Assembly (NCBI GenBank): GCA_020137815.1
Contig: CM035350.1
Coordinates: 4,774,001-4,838,000, forward strand
Direction of reading: 5' to 3'
DNA: 64,000 bases
DNA from: Hormiphora californensis
Taxonomy: Eukaryota; Animalia; Ctenophora
The notes beneath the pieces are model-generated. The model saw nothing but the letters and a program-made list of their open reading frames with translations. It was not told the origin of the DNA and ran no database searches. A program made the translations under genes and the position numbers. Shown piece by piece: positions 1 through 36,225 of the stretch. Within the stretch, counting starts at the first letter, position 1, and each line of letters starts with the position of its first letter.

Positions 1-406
1 TGAGTCTACGGGCCATTATGGGCTTGTTCATTGAAAGGAACTTCTCTAAATTCAGTGACATGGAAAGCAGAAAGGAGGGTAGGACAAGAGGGATTGTAGG
101 ATAGCCAAAAACTTGACAAGTCAACAAGTCCAACTTCCGTCTGCAGACAAACACATAAATGAGCGGTCCAAAGTTGAACAATCCAATTATTAGATTGCTA
201 ATTGCCAGGTTCCTCATAATGAACATTGATGTGTGGCTACAATAAATGGCTTTACGTCGTGTCGCCCCGATCACTACAGTGTTGGTAGAGACGTTTAAAA
301 TCAGGGCAGTTACAATCCATCCAGTGAATAACATCTGCTCAACAAACACTCCGTTATCGTAGTAATATATTTCAATAACAAAACTCCCATTCCTTGGAGG
401 CATCAT
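1..406 (-). CDS. Rhodopsin-like (class A) GPCR, N-terminal part; runs off the left edge; nested in a CUL2 intron on the same strand
   Basis: Manual translation from ATG at 406: MMPPRNGSF..TALILNVSTNTVVIGA (TM1 Asn)..MRNLAISNLIIG (TM2)..TCQVFG..LSMSLNLEKFLSMNKP (TM3 Cys, DRY-equivalent EKF). Not in the ORF track. Confidence 0.8.
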   Translation of the reverse strand, partial: MMPPRNGSFVIEIYYYDNGVFVEQMLFTGWIVTALILNVSTNTVVIGATRRKAIYCSHTSMFIMRNLAISNLIIGLFNFGPLIYVFVCRRKLDLLTCQVFGYPTIPLVLPSFLLSMSLNLEKFLSMNKPIMARRL

Positions 407-555
407 CTTCGGCCTCGACGGGGAAGTTAAATAATTAACATGACATGGTGGGGAAATTAAACTAAATAATGACATGGGGGGATGGGAGCTGTTCACCCCT
501 CCCCAGCTTCTATAGGAAACAAGCAAGGGTGTAGCATACTTTACAGAATAATATA

Positions 556-727
556 CAGTCCGACCCCGATTTAACGGCACCCTCGGGGGAAAGGGTTTTG
601 TCCGTTAAATCGGGGTGTCCGCTAAATCGGGGTCAAATACTGTTGTTTTTCTATATTGGGGGAAGATTATGCTGCCGTTAAATCGGGGTGCCGCTAAATC
701 GGGGGCCGTTAAATCGGGGTCCGACTG
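556..727. mobile_element. Tc1/mariner-pogo type MITE, short copy
   Basis: TIR CAGTC(C/G)GACCCCGATTTAACGG...CCGTTAAATCGGGGTCCGACTG with TA on both sides; same family at 11373 and 24715. Confidence 0.85.
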
Positions 728-795
728 TAGTATAAGAACCTTTCTAAATGTGACAAATCCAGGGGTGTAGGAATGATTCAAGTGAGGGGGCGAAG

Positions 796-1010
796 TCACT
801 CTATCACTGATAGAGTGACTTCGGCCTCTATGACGTAGAGATACCCCTCAGGCCACAAACTGAGTCTCCGGGCCATTATGGGCTTGTTCATTGAAAGGAA
901 TTTCTCTAAATTCAGTGACATGGAAAGCAGAAAGGAGGGTAGGACAAGAGGGATTTTAGGATAGCCAAAAACTTGACAAGTCAACAAGTCCAACTTGCGT
1001 CTGCAGACAA
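796..1010 (-). pseudogene. Partial duplicate (TM3 region) of the adjacent GPCR
   Basis: 861-1010 is a near-identical direct repeat of 1-150. It lacks TM1-2 and the reading frame stops at 796. Confidence 0.7.
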
Positions 1011-1754
1011 TGCATACACCATATAGACCTGTCAGGCCAATGCTCTGACCACAGTTCTCGCGCGCTCCGAGAAATGAGAATAGGGTCAGGCCAATGCTCT
1101 GACAGATATAGACCGAGTATCAAAAACAAGGTTTTCATTAATGCAAATAAGGTCAGCAGTCAAAGTTGAACTGAAAGCTGAACAGAAGGGTATTTAAAAG
1201 CATTTAAGTTTTAACTCTTTCCTTGCACCTTGCCCTAAAACAGTGACATCAATTTTTTTTGAGCGTCTCTCCTTTATCTTTTGTATCTCTCTCTCACTTC
1301 TTATCTTTCTCAACTATCGTGCGTTTAAAAAGCTGCTGTCCCTTATTTCTGTGCTGAAAAGTGACCGTTAATCGTTACAGGAATCTGAGACTGAGTCTAT
1401 TCAGGATATTATTGACGAGATTCTTGGAACAAAGTGGTTTAATGGAGTACCGATGCAGTTACAGTGCTGCTTGTAGTCGTATTACCGTAATAGAAATACA
1501 GTAAGGAGACGCGCACGTTGCATAACGCGCGGCAAAAAGTGCATGTGTTCAGCACGTACTAGCGCCCTGATTGGCCACGGTTGCGCGTCGTCTTACTGTA
1601 TCTCAGTTTTCCATTACCGTTTTCCCACTACAAGCGACCAGTGTAAGTTCTTCACACATTTGACAGGTGTTAGTACTCCCTTTGTCAACCGAAACACACT
1701 ATTGCAGATCAGATTACCCCTTCTAAAACGAGTTAACACATTATTCAGCCAACT

Positions 1755-3060
1755 ATGATTGTTTTGTTATACCTCCTTCCTCCTGCTCTCGGCCACCGCC
1801 TCCTCTGGGGTATCTAGAGATGAAGTTGTCAGGGAGAACCTGGCTGATATAGCCCGGTGGAACAAGGATTCTAGATCTGGAGCGGTGTTTGCTAGGAATG
1901 AGTTCTTGGCTCTTACTGAGACGGAGGTCAATGAATTGTTGAGAATTCACGATATGGACCTGGTTGAGGGAGAGAGGACGGGAGTTGAGACTACTACTAC
2001 TACCTCAGTAGGACAAGGACCACCACCACAGTTCGACTGGAGGTGGTTTGGGGCAGTGACTGAACCAAGGAACATGTTAGCTAACACCATGGTTGTTGCT
2101 GCAGGCATTTCCACCGTTGAAACAGCCTACTTTAGGATTAACGGGGGAGACTTGATAGAGTTCTCTGATCTAGAGGTTGCCCAGTGCTATACTGGACCCA
2201 AGAACCTCACTTCAGTATTTGACTACATAGCTGCTAGTCGGCGGCTTGGCTCCCTCAGTAGGTATGGAGCCCCTGAATCATGTGCAGCGGTGTCTACCCC
2301 TAATGCCATGACGGCTGGCCTAGTGAGCGGTTACAGTCTGTTGAAACAGGACGATGATACCCTGATTAACTCCATGATGAGGTACTATTTAGTATTGGGG
2401 GTTGTATTAACATTTGTTGGGGGAGGGAGGGTATTGGTTGATGGTTCCGGGGGGAGGGGCTGTAATAATCAATTAATATTTGTTGGGGGGGGGGGGCACT
2501 GCACTTTCTGAGAAACAGTTTCTGAGAAACAGTTTCTGAGAATCAGTTTCTGAGAAACGTTGAAACACAACAGCAGGTGTGTAATTGGGGTCAGCTGTCA
2601 ACAGAAAAACTGTTTCTATTGATGTCTCTCCGTCTGACTCTTTATCTTTGTTTCTGACCTTCTCTGTTTGCCCATGTCTCTACTATTTTCTCTCTTTCTC
2701 CCTTCTTCTCTCTTTTCTATCTCTTAAACTCACACACTACTCTCTCCCCCTATCAATTTAACTCTCTCACCCTCTCTGTCCGGCAGGTTCGCATTGCTGG
2801 CAGCTGTCAGAGTAACTCGGCAGTGGCATTTCTACAGTTCTGGTATTCTAGCCGGATCTCAGTGCCCTTCCTCCAAGCCCAACCACGCAGTGGCCCTAGT
2901 TGGATACACGGAGGGAGCCTACATTGTAAAGAACAGCTGGGGAGTTGCCTGGGGCGAGGGAGGGTACATCCGACTACAGAGGGGTGATCAGTACAATACA
3001 TGTGGAGTTCTTAACAACATGGTTGAACCTGAGGTTTTTCAAGAGGATGATGAGGAATGA
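1755..3060 (+). CDS. Papain-family (C1A, cathepsin-like) secreted protein lacking the catalytic Cys motif; exons 1755-2381 and 2787-3060; antisense in a CUL2 intron
   Basis: FDWR..GAVT, NHAVALVGY, YIVKNSWGVAWGEGGYIRL and NTCG motifs; in-phase GT-AG intron 2382-2786. ATG 1755 needs one base removed near 1775 to give signal peptide MIVLLYLLLLLSATASS. Confidence 0.85.
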
Positions 3061-3114
3061 TTTGTTAGTTAACTAATTAATTGCATTCAATTAAATCGTC
3101 TATACAATCAGTAC

Positions 3115-28734
<25,620 letters not shown>

Positions 28735-28875
28735 TTTGACACACTTGCTACAATTGGGAAACAGATCAGGAGGTCAACCTATAACTTGTGTGGCTCACAA
28801 CGTCATTTTATTTTAAAATGACGCTGTATGAGGGTTTGGTAGAATAGCTGGTAGAATGAGAAGAGAAAGAATGCT

Positions 28876-31445
28876 TTAAGACGAGGATAAGGTTGACGAG
28901 ATTTGTAACAAAACAGTGGTCATGTTGCTTTGCATCTGGTGAAGAGTTGATAAAATGTCCGATTTCGTGTCACGAAGTTCCGTTCTCAGTGACTCAATTT
29001 CTCGCTTCATTTCTTGTTGCGTGTTTTCTATCCTCATTAAGCGATCATCATTCGACATACCCCTGAACAGTATTAGAATATGATAAACATACAAACAGAC
29101 ATGTGAATAAACGGGCTAAGCTATCCCTCCTTGTCCCTATAACGTACCTCGACAGAGGATGCGCACTTGTAGTTGTATGACAATTCCCCGGCGAATCAGG
29201 GTCGATTGGTTCAGCTTTTGGATTGTCAGCACACTGTGTTTCATCTTTCTCCACTGTTCTAGGGAGATGTAAACTACCAAGCTGCATTTCAGACGCAGAA
29301 ACCATTCCTGAGTATTTTCCAGGTACTGTGGGTTGGGCGGCCGTGGGTTGGGCGGTAGATTTTATACTGGATTGTCCCAGAAATTGGGCAGCAGCTCCCG
29401 GGTTTGAAGCAAGCATTTGGGCAGCAAGGGCAGGGTTTGAAGCAAGCATTTGGGCAGCAAGGGAAGGGTTAGCTGCTGCCAACATCTGAGCCATTCCACC
29501 ACCACCGCCACCACTCAGGAGTTTACTGGCCATACCACCACCACCTGACATACAGTCCATCATACCGAGCACACTACGGGAACTCTGCTCATTGTGTGGC
29601 AGAGTCTTCAAGATCTCCCTTACCCCTGCCGTATTGATCCCTGTACTCCGCGGTAATCCTGTGGAAGGGGTATCTATATTATAAAGCAGAGATGGTTGCA
29701 AGACAATTGGTTTTTTGGGGGTTTTTAGGGCTTGCACGTGGAAAATTGACGTGTTGTTAGGGGTAGTTGATGGGGTTTGGGGAGTGCACGTGCGTGTTTA
29801 AAGGTTTTATAATGTTGGAAGTTCATGGCTCTTTGGAAAGAGCTTGAGATTATCTTTCTAATGAGCCTTGGTATTTTGAAATTGGTTGCTAAATGACGGA
29901 GTTATGGCGAAAATGGTGAAAAATTAGGGAAAATTAGGGGTTCTGAACTGCTTCAGATCACAGATTGAGAGAGGGGTGAGGGAAGTGTTGTTATGGCGTT
30001 ATAGGGGAGTGAATAGAGGGTGAGATGGAGTGAATAGGGGACGATATGATTCAATAGGGGCCGAGGGGGGTAAGAGGGCCGAGGGGGTTAACCGATAAGA
30101 GGGGTGAGGACTGAGGGGAGTCAACAGGGGGAAGGGGCGTGGAGTATGATCTCGCGACCGGAGGTGCCGCGAAGCGGCGCCGTAGGGAGCAAAGTAGGCA
30201 TGATCTGAGGTGAGAGTTTTTCAATAGAGGTGAGAGTTTTTTGTTCTTTTGCCTGGGCTCTCTAGTCTATATTATAAAGTACAAATGAACGTCGTGGTAG
30301 TGATGATGTAGTATCCCACGTGCAAATAGAGGGGGGTTGCCAAGGATTTGGCTTGGGAGGGGTATTGAAGGTGGATACTGCACGTGCATGTTATTGTTTG
30401 TTTGTTGCGTGTTCCTATGTTGTTCCTGTGGTGTTTTGGGATCTACTGCTGAGGCCGCCATGATAACCAAAGCCTTTCTACCTACGTGCCCCGTTGATTC
30501 TCTACACAGCTACAATTCTACGGATCTTTATCACCTGATTCTACATGTTATTCAGCGGGATTTCCCTTGATGTTTATCACCAGCGCTCTACCAATACCAA
30601 CCTCGGTATTCTTTACCCCGACATGGAGAGACGAAGAGTAAGAGGGGGAGAGAGACATGGGGACGGTGGGGGGGGGGGTTGAGGGACTTCAATGGGCTTT
30701 CTAGTATTATATATCAGTGTGGTGGTGCCACAATCGAATTCATTGCACATTCAGTGGAAGGAATGTGATGGTTACTTTGGTAACCACGCGAGCGGCCCGT
30801 AAATGGTTGACTTAGTAACCAAAGGATTACCTTTATTAGCTACTGTGAAAGTCATATCTTCAATCTTGATAACATCGTGTAATCCGGGAAATCTGATCCT
30901 GTACATCTCGCTAGATACGTCCTCCTCAACCATTACACAATACAACTCCACGGTGTCACCTTTCACCGCAGTGTCACCATTCACCACAGTGTCACCTTTC
31001 ACCACCGGATCACCTTTCACCGCAGTGTCACCATTTAACACAGGGTCACCTTTCACCGCAGTGTCACCTTTCACCACAGGATCACCTTTCACCACAGTGT
31101 CACCTTTCAGGGTGGTCAGGTATCCGTGACGTGAGAAAACCTCAATATTCCGGCAAGTTGTTGTTAGAGCACCATATATCTTGATGTTCGATAGCTCCAG
31201 TTGATTGGATGACTCTGGTTCCTTGTGCAGACTGACCTGTTTTAGACACAACCTGGATAATTAGGGGAACCAGTTAGCTAAATATAGAAAATGACATTAC
31301 GGGGAGTAGTTTAACCAGTCTTTGATTTGATTGATTGAGATCTATAGCCAGTCCTTGTATGTAATGGTAAAATGACTAACCGGGATCCTTCCTCATGTGT
31401 TGTCACCTTCGTCTGGATATTTCTATCCCAGTTACAGGCAATCAT
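28876..31445 (-). CDS. PAAT/C10orf88-like protein; exons 31381-31445, 30831-31252, 29148-29658 (or -29673), 28876-29062
   Basis: Phase-compatible GT-AG junctions. TCRNIEVF..GYLTTLKG resembles PAAT ARNMEVY..EYCGTSRG; GINTAGVREIL resembles IDLDKVQTIM; C-terminal coiled coil. Homology is from recall. Confidence 0.6.
29673..30704 (+). mobile_element. Two different non-autonomous Helitrons head-to-tail (29673-30265, 30266-30704)
   Basis: Both start TCTATATTATAAAG and end CTAG; A|T insertion site; the 5' part of the second matches the 40291 family. Confidence 0.78.
30950..31110 (-). repeat. Coding 18 bp tandem repeat, (K/N)GD(T/P)(V/A)V x ~9
   Basis: In frame within exon 30831-31252. Confidence 0.9.
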
Positions 31446-32148
31446 TGTTTCATGTCCGGCTACAGACAAGCAACCATCGTGTCATGACTGGCTACAAATT
31501 GAGAGAAGGAGGGTTAGATTGTTGAAGACATGAACGGGGGGGGGGGGGCACGTGTTAACTTGGTTATGGGAGATTGGGACACGTATTCCTGTGTTGAAGG
31601 GACCATTGGGACACAGGAGGTTAGAAAAACAACAAAGTTTGAGATAACACAATAAAGTTACTACGTAGGAATAGCAATGAATAAATAAGCAAAACAATAA
31701 TTTGAATGAAAAGGTATATAAAACACAATGGGCATGAAACGCGTAGTAAAAAGGGATGCTACTTGGGTCAACTAACAGGGAACTATCGCTAATAAGGGAC
31801 TTTGTGATCTATATATGGGAGCTAAAAGCATGGCGAAAATGCAGATAATAAGGTATACACGACACACAAAAAGTAGATAAATATATCAATTCAAAAAAAA
31901 CATCTCTCCTGTTTTACTCCGTCATGATTCATGGGTTACCATTGGTGACACCAACTCCAGACGCTCTTGGTAATGAAATTACCCCTCTGTTATTATGCAA
32001 TAAAAGGGGTGACTTCGTAACCAAAGAAGCTCAGAGCGAAGAAACAAAATGGAAGTCAGACAATGTCAACTTCCGGAGAAGTTCCTGTCGGAGCATTGGC
32101 CTGACAGAGCAGTTCACAGACGCTCTCTCACTTTCTCTCACTGTTCTC

Positions 32149-32808
32149 CTACATAGCAACCTCTTTATCGATAAAGTGCTTCTGCCCGAACGATGCAATA
32201 TTCTTCAGGAACTTGGAGTACTCCTTGGCAGCAACAGCCTGCACTGCCGCAGCGGGTATCCAACCACCGGGATCAATCTTGGCCAGATAGAAGATCTGAC
32301 ATTTTATCTTGCTCCGATCATCAGTGGTGGTAGCAGCAGCCCCGGACTCCACTACAGTTCTGCAGTAGAACACAACCTCGATCTTGGCACGACAGTACTT
32401 ATCTGCCGGGACTTTGTCCGTCTCAGTGGACACATTGCACACCACCCAATCACTCCCCACCTGACCCTTGTGGCTGGTGTAGACGAAATCCCGTTGGGCA
32501 GCCGGCCAGATTCGTTTCTGGACCTGGTGGTAGAGAGCCGTGGTATCGTTCACGTCCTCCAGCAGATCGCTCCTCTCTATGGAGAGGTCCCACTGGAGTT
32601 TCAGATCCTGAGAGTGAAACACCTCAACCATCTCCTTAGCAGACACCCCATCCACCAGAGCAACACACCAAACACCATCCCGTCCTGTGGACTTGTCCGC
32701 AATCCGGTAAATCTGGGTCTTGTCCTCGGAGTGGATGAGAGACATTCCCTCCATTTTAGAGGCATCAGATTGGGAGAGCTCCACACATCTGTTAATTAAA
32801 CCCTCCAT
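32149..32808 (-). CDS. Stand-alone START-domain lipid transfer protein most like the CERT/STARD11 START domain
   Basis: YHQVQKRIWPAAQRDFVY and DPGGWIPAAAVQAVAAKEYSKFLK match CERT START motifs. Confidence 0.85.
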   Translation of the reverse strand: MEGLINRCVELSQSDASKMEGMSLIHSEDKTQIYRIADKSTGRDGVWCVALVDGVSAKEMVEVFHSQDLKLQWDLSIERSDLLEDVNDTTALYHQVQKRIWPAAQRDFVYTSHKGQVGSDWVVCNVSTETDKVPADKYCRAKIEVVFYCRTVVESGAAATTTDDRSKIKCQIFYLAKIDPGGWIPAAAVQAVAAKEYSKFLKNIASFGQKHFIDKEVAM

Positions 32809-32821
32809 TGCTACTCTACAG

Positions 32822-32992
32822 ATAGGAGAGGTGTGTTAGTTTGTTAGTGTTAGTGCAGATAGGGGAGGTGTGTTAGTGTTACAGACAGGGGGTCAGGGGA
32901 GGTGTGTCAGTATAACAGCCAGGGGGTCAGGGGAGGTGTGTCAGTATAACAGCCAGGGGGTCAGGGGAGGTGTGTCAGTATAACAGCCAGGG
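32822..32992. repeat. ~34 bp minisatellite between PUS10 and the START gene
   Basis: GGGGGTCAGGGGAGGTGTGTCAGTATAACAGCCA repeated. Confidence 0.85.
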
Positions 32993-33117
32993 GAAGATGG
33001 GAACTAAGAAGTCAGATAGTGTTCAAGTTTCAACGTGGGAAAATGAAGTCTATAAAAAACATCAAAAACTGAATACCCGCCATAAAAATCAAAATAAATT
33101 AATAAAAACACCTCCAA

Positions 33118-35776
33118 CTACACCCCTCCTCCGGCAACAGCTGGTGGCCAGTCCATTTTGAGTCCCACAACATCGAGACTTAGAATGTCACAGGGGACGC
33201 CAAGGATAGTTCCTACATTGGGGGTAGTCCTACCCCAGTCACCGTGTACGAACTCCTTGATATATGTACCCGACTCTGAGACAACTTCAGCCACCTGCAG
33301 TAGGATGTGAGGATGGGTTTGGAAACTGGAAATTGGTTGTACACAGTACATACAGCTGCGACAAAACTAGAAAATATACAGGCATTAACTAATTGAATAA
33401 CTCAAATCTCTCCAAACCCCTCCTCTGTTAAACTTCACACCATGTTCTCTCTCTATTCCAAGCTCGAAACGTGACAAAAACATCTGCCAAGAATCTTCTC
33501 CGATATTATATGTAAACCAAGTAATGAAATTGAAAAGAAATGTCCTACCAGAAGTCTGTTAAAAAGGTTTCCACATCCTTGGTAACCATAGCAACCTCTT
33601 CCACAGTTAACATCCGTGCGTTAACGCTGTACAAAGTACAGTGTCAATGATGATTAGAACAACAGACAGAATATAACAGAGAGACTTTTTCAGAGTGATA
33701 GATGTGCACAGACATCACACTAGCAACCAATATCAGATTTATGTGTTACTCGATTACAAGATTTCCCAATTCTCTTTGCCATATTATACCTGATAATTCG
33801 TCGTTTTCTCAGCAGGGGTGATCTCCGGTGGAGAACCCGAAGAGGAGTATCCTGATCCAGAACTAGATCTCGAATACTGTTCAGCTTCTCAACTGCCCCC
33901 TCTGTCACTGCTGCATTCGTCTGGAATAGGGAGGCTTTGTTAGGATACATCATGACGTATTTATACGTGTTTTCAAGCAGAATTTGAGCACGCGAGGGTG
34001 ATCTCAGCATGTGTTGTAACTGTCAATGTTCTGACCGCTCTTACAGTGTTGCAACATGTTCATATAACAGTAAGCTACCACAGGGGGGGGGCACTACCAC
34101 TCACCAGGAACCGACCGAAACAATTAAAACAACCAATCAGAACTCGTTATTTAGGTCACGTGACTGGTTATCAGCCAATCATGGACCAGTATTTCCTTAT
34201 TCGGTCGGTTCCTACCACTCACCCTAATGATACACCGATATTCTTTATGCTTTTGTTCCTGTCCCGCCTTCACAATCTCAGTCTCATCCCTGGTGATGGG
34301 TCGCAACCCCTGACACTTGACCCGGTCATGTGATCTGTTAATCTCATCCAGGACCTGATCCAAGGATTCCTGATCGGGGAACACCCGTGCGTTAATCAGC
34401 TGAATGTAGAAGGGTCGCCCTGATCCCAACATCCTGACATCAATATCTTCCCTCCCCGCTGCGTGCATGTTCGCAGAATCTGAGGGGTAGGAGATATCAA
34501 GCTGGGAAAACAGTGAAATAAGGGTACTGTTTGGTTATAAAGTTGTGTTAACAATATCACAAATCAGTATTGTATACAGATTTGTGCCTTACCATACAAT
34601 ACAGTGTATTGTGGTTAAACTGTAAGGCATGGAAAATGGTACCTGCCTTGAAGATAGTTTTGAGGGGTCCCCCGATGATCTCCTCTATGCTCTCGCACAC
34701 AGGTACACCATTCACACTCCAGGGGCTCTGGGAAATATTCCGGGAATTCTTCGTGTACCTGCCACCTAGAAAACAATAACGGGTTTTACTTTGCTGATTG
34801 GTGGGGTTTCATGAGGGGGATGGGGTCAGGGCAGGAACCGACCGAATTAGGAAATACTGGTCCCTGATTGGCTGATAACCAGTCACGTGACCTAAATAAC
34901 GAGTTCTGATTGGTTGTTTACTTGTGTCGGTCGGTTCCTGTTAAAAACACACACTAACCTACGAATGTGGACAGACTGGTTATCGTTAAATCCAACTTGA
35001 CAGCAGCACCCCCCGGTACCACCATCTCTCCCCTACAATCCTCAACCTTCGCCCTTGCCAGCTCCTTCTCTAATGATGCCTGTTTGAAGAGTCCTGTTGT
35101 AAAGTTATAAACAGGCCACTTCCTTGGCTCCCTAGCAGTCCACATGAACTCATCTTGTGGCATCCTCACGTCGACACTAACTGTAACCGCCCCCAGTGCT
35201 TCATGTTCTTGGGGCTGTAGGGTGAGTCCATGGTCAGCACACAATCTGTCGCCTAGCAACCACTTGAAGACAGTTTTAACTGCCAGACCTTTGTGTGGTA
35301 CCCCCGCTAGGAATGACCTGATTTGGAGGAGATGCAAAGATGCACATGTAATGGTAAGGAACTGTGCCCCCGTGTATTCGGCCAGTATCTCCCTGCACCG
35401 TCCACTCAGAGCGGAGAGAGTGGATTCCTGGAGTAGGCCCGTACACAAGTAGCAACAGTTCTCGGGTTTACTCCATAGGTCTGCTGTTACTGTCTTGTCC
35501 GATACGATATAGCTGAAGCTGTTAGTTTGGAATTCTTCTTGGGAGAGTGAGCTGAATTTCTCTTGGAACTGATGCTTTAGTGGTGTTAGCCGATAGGGTC
35601 TTCCGACACACACATACTTTACATATGTTAGGCAGCTTTATTATTGGGAGTTTGGCAGTTTCTTTTCCGTTTTCAAGTGGTACAGTTTCTGTAATAACTG
35701 TCACTCGCAGGAGCGACATCTGTTGATACAGTTTCCTGGTATAAGTTGCACTCGCAGGAGCGACATCTGTCATCAT
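33118..35776 (-). CDS. PUS10: tRNA pseudouridine synthase Pus10, ~6 exons, apparent frameshifts near 35610 and 33565
   Basis: HAAGREDIDVRMLGSGRPF, GGRYTKNSRNISQSPW, QDTPLRVLHRR, SGTYIKEFVHGDWGRTTPN and CxxC motifs. The 5' end is uncertain. Confidence 0.9.
34105..34214. mobile_element. hAT-type MITE whose TSD duplicates a PUS10 splice donor
   Basis: TSD CCACTCAC at 34097-34104 and 34215-34222, read GTGAGTGG on the gene strand. Confidence 0.88.
34832..34940. mobile_element. hAT-type MITE, third copy
   Basis: CAGGAACCGACCGA...TCGGTCGGTTCCTG; no TSD evident. Confidence 0.85.
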
Positions 35777-36225
35777 AGCTATGAAATTGAGTTGTTAGTT
35801 ATTAGGTGGTTGGGGTATAGTTCTTTTGAGTGGTTAACTGTGGGTCATTCTGTCAACTGTCAAGCAGAGGGCATGTGGTAAAATTATGGAACTTTTGCAC
35901 AGCTGAGAGGAAAGTGAATGCAGTGTGCGCGCGGGTGTACTAGGGGGTGTTGCACTGCGCGTTACATACATGGCGAGGTCAGAAGACAGAAAACAGTGAC
36001 GGATACATGTGCCACAATACACACTACTGCAGTAATAAACCCATAATTTGAGGGGTAGGGATGGACGGGGGAGGACAGTGCAACTAAATCTGTATTAAAC
36101 CTGCTCAATCTCGAGTAAAATTAACAAAAAACAACAATAACAACATAAAAATCAAGATTTTAGAATTCCTTAGTCGATCACTTACGATATCATTTGATTC
36201 AAACACACCCGTATATTCCAAATTA

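Noticed and set aside
29659-29690. Helitron terminus creating the PAAT-like intron acceptor
   Set aside because: A better in-frame acceptor (CCCCTTCCACAG|29658) lies outside the element; the Helitron AG is only an optional alternative.
31924-32799. 291-aa plus-strand ORF
   Set aside because: Antisense shadow of the START gene with no recognisable motifs.
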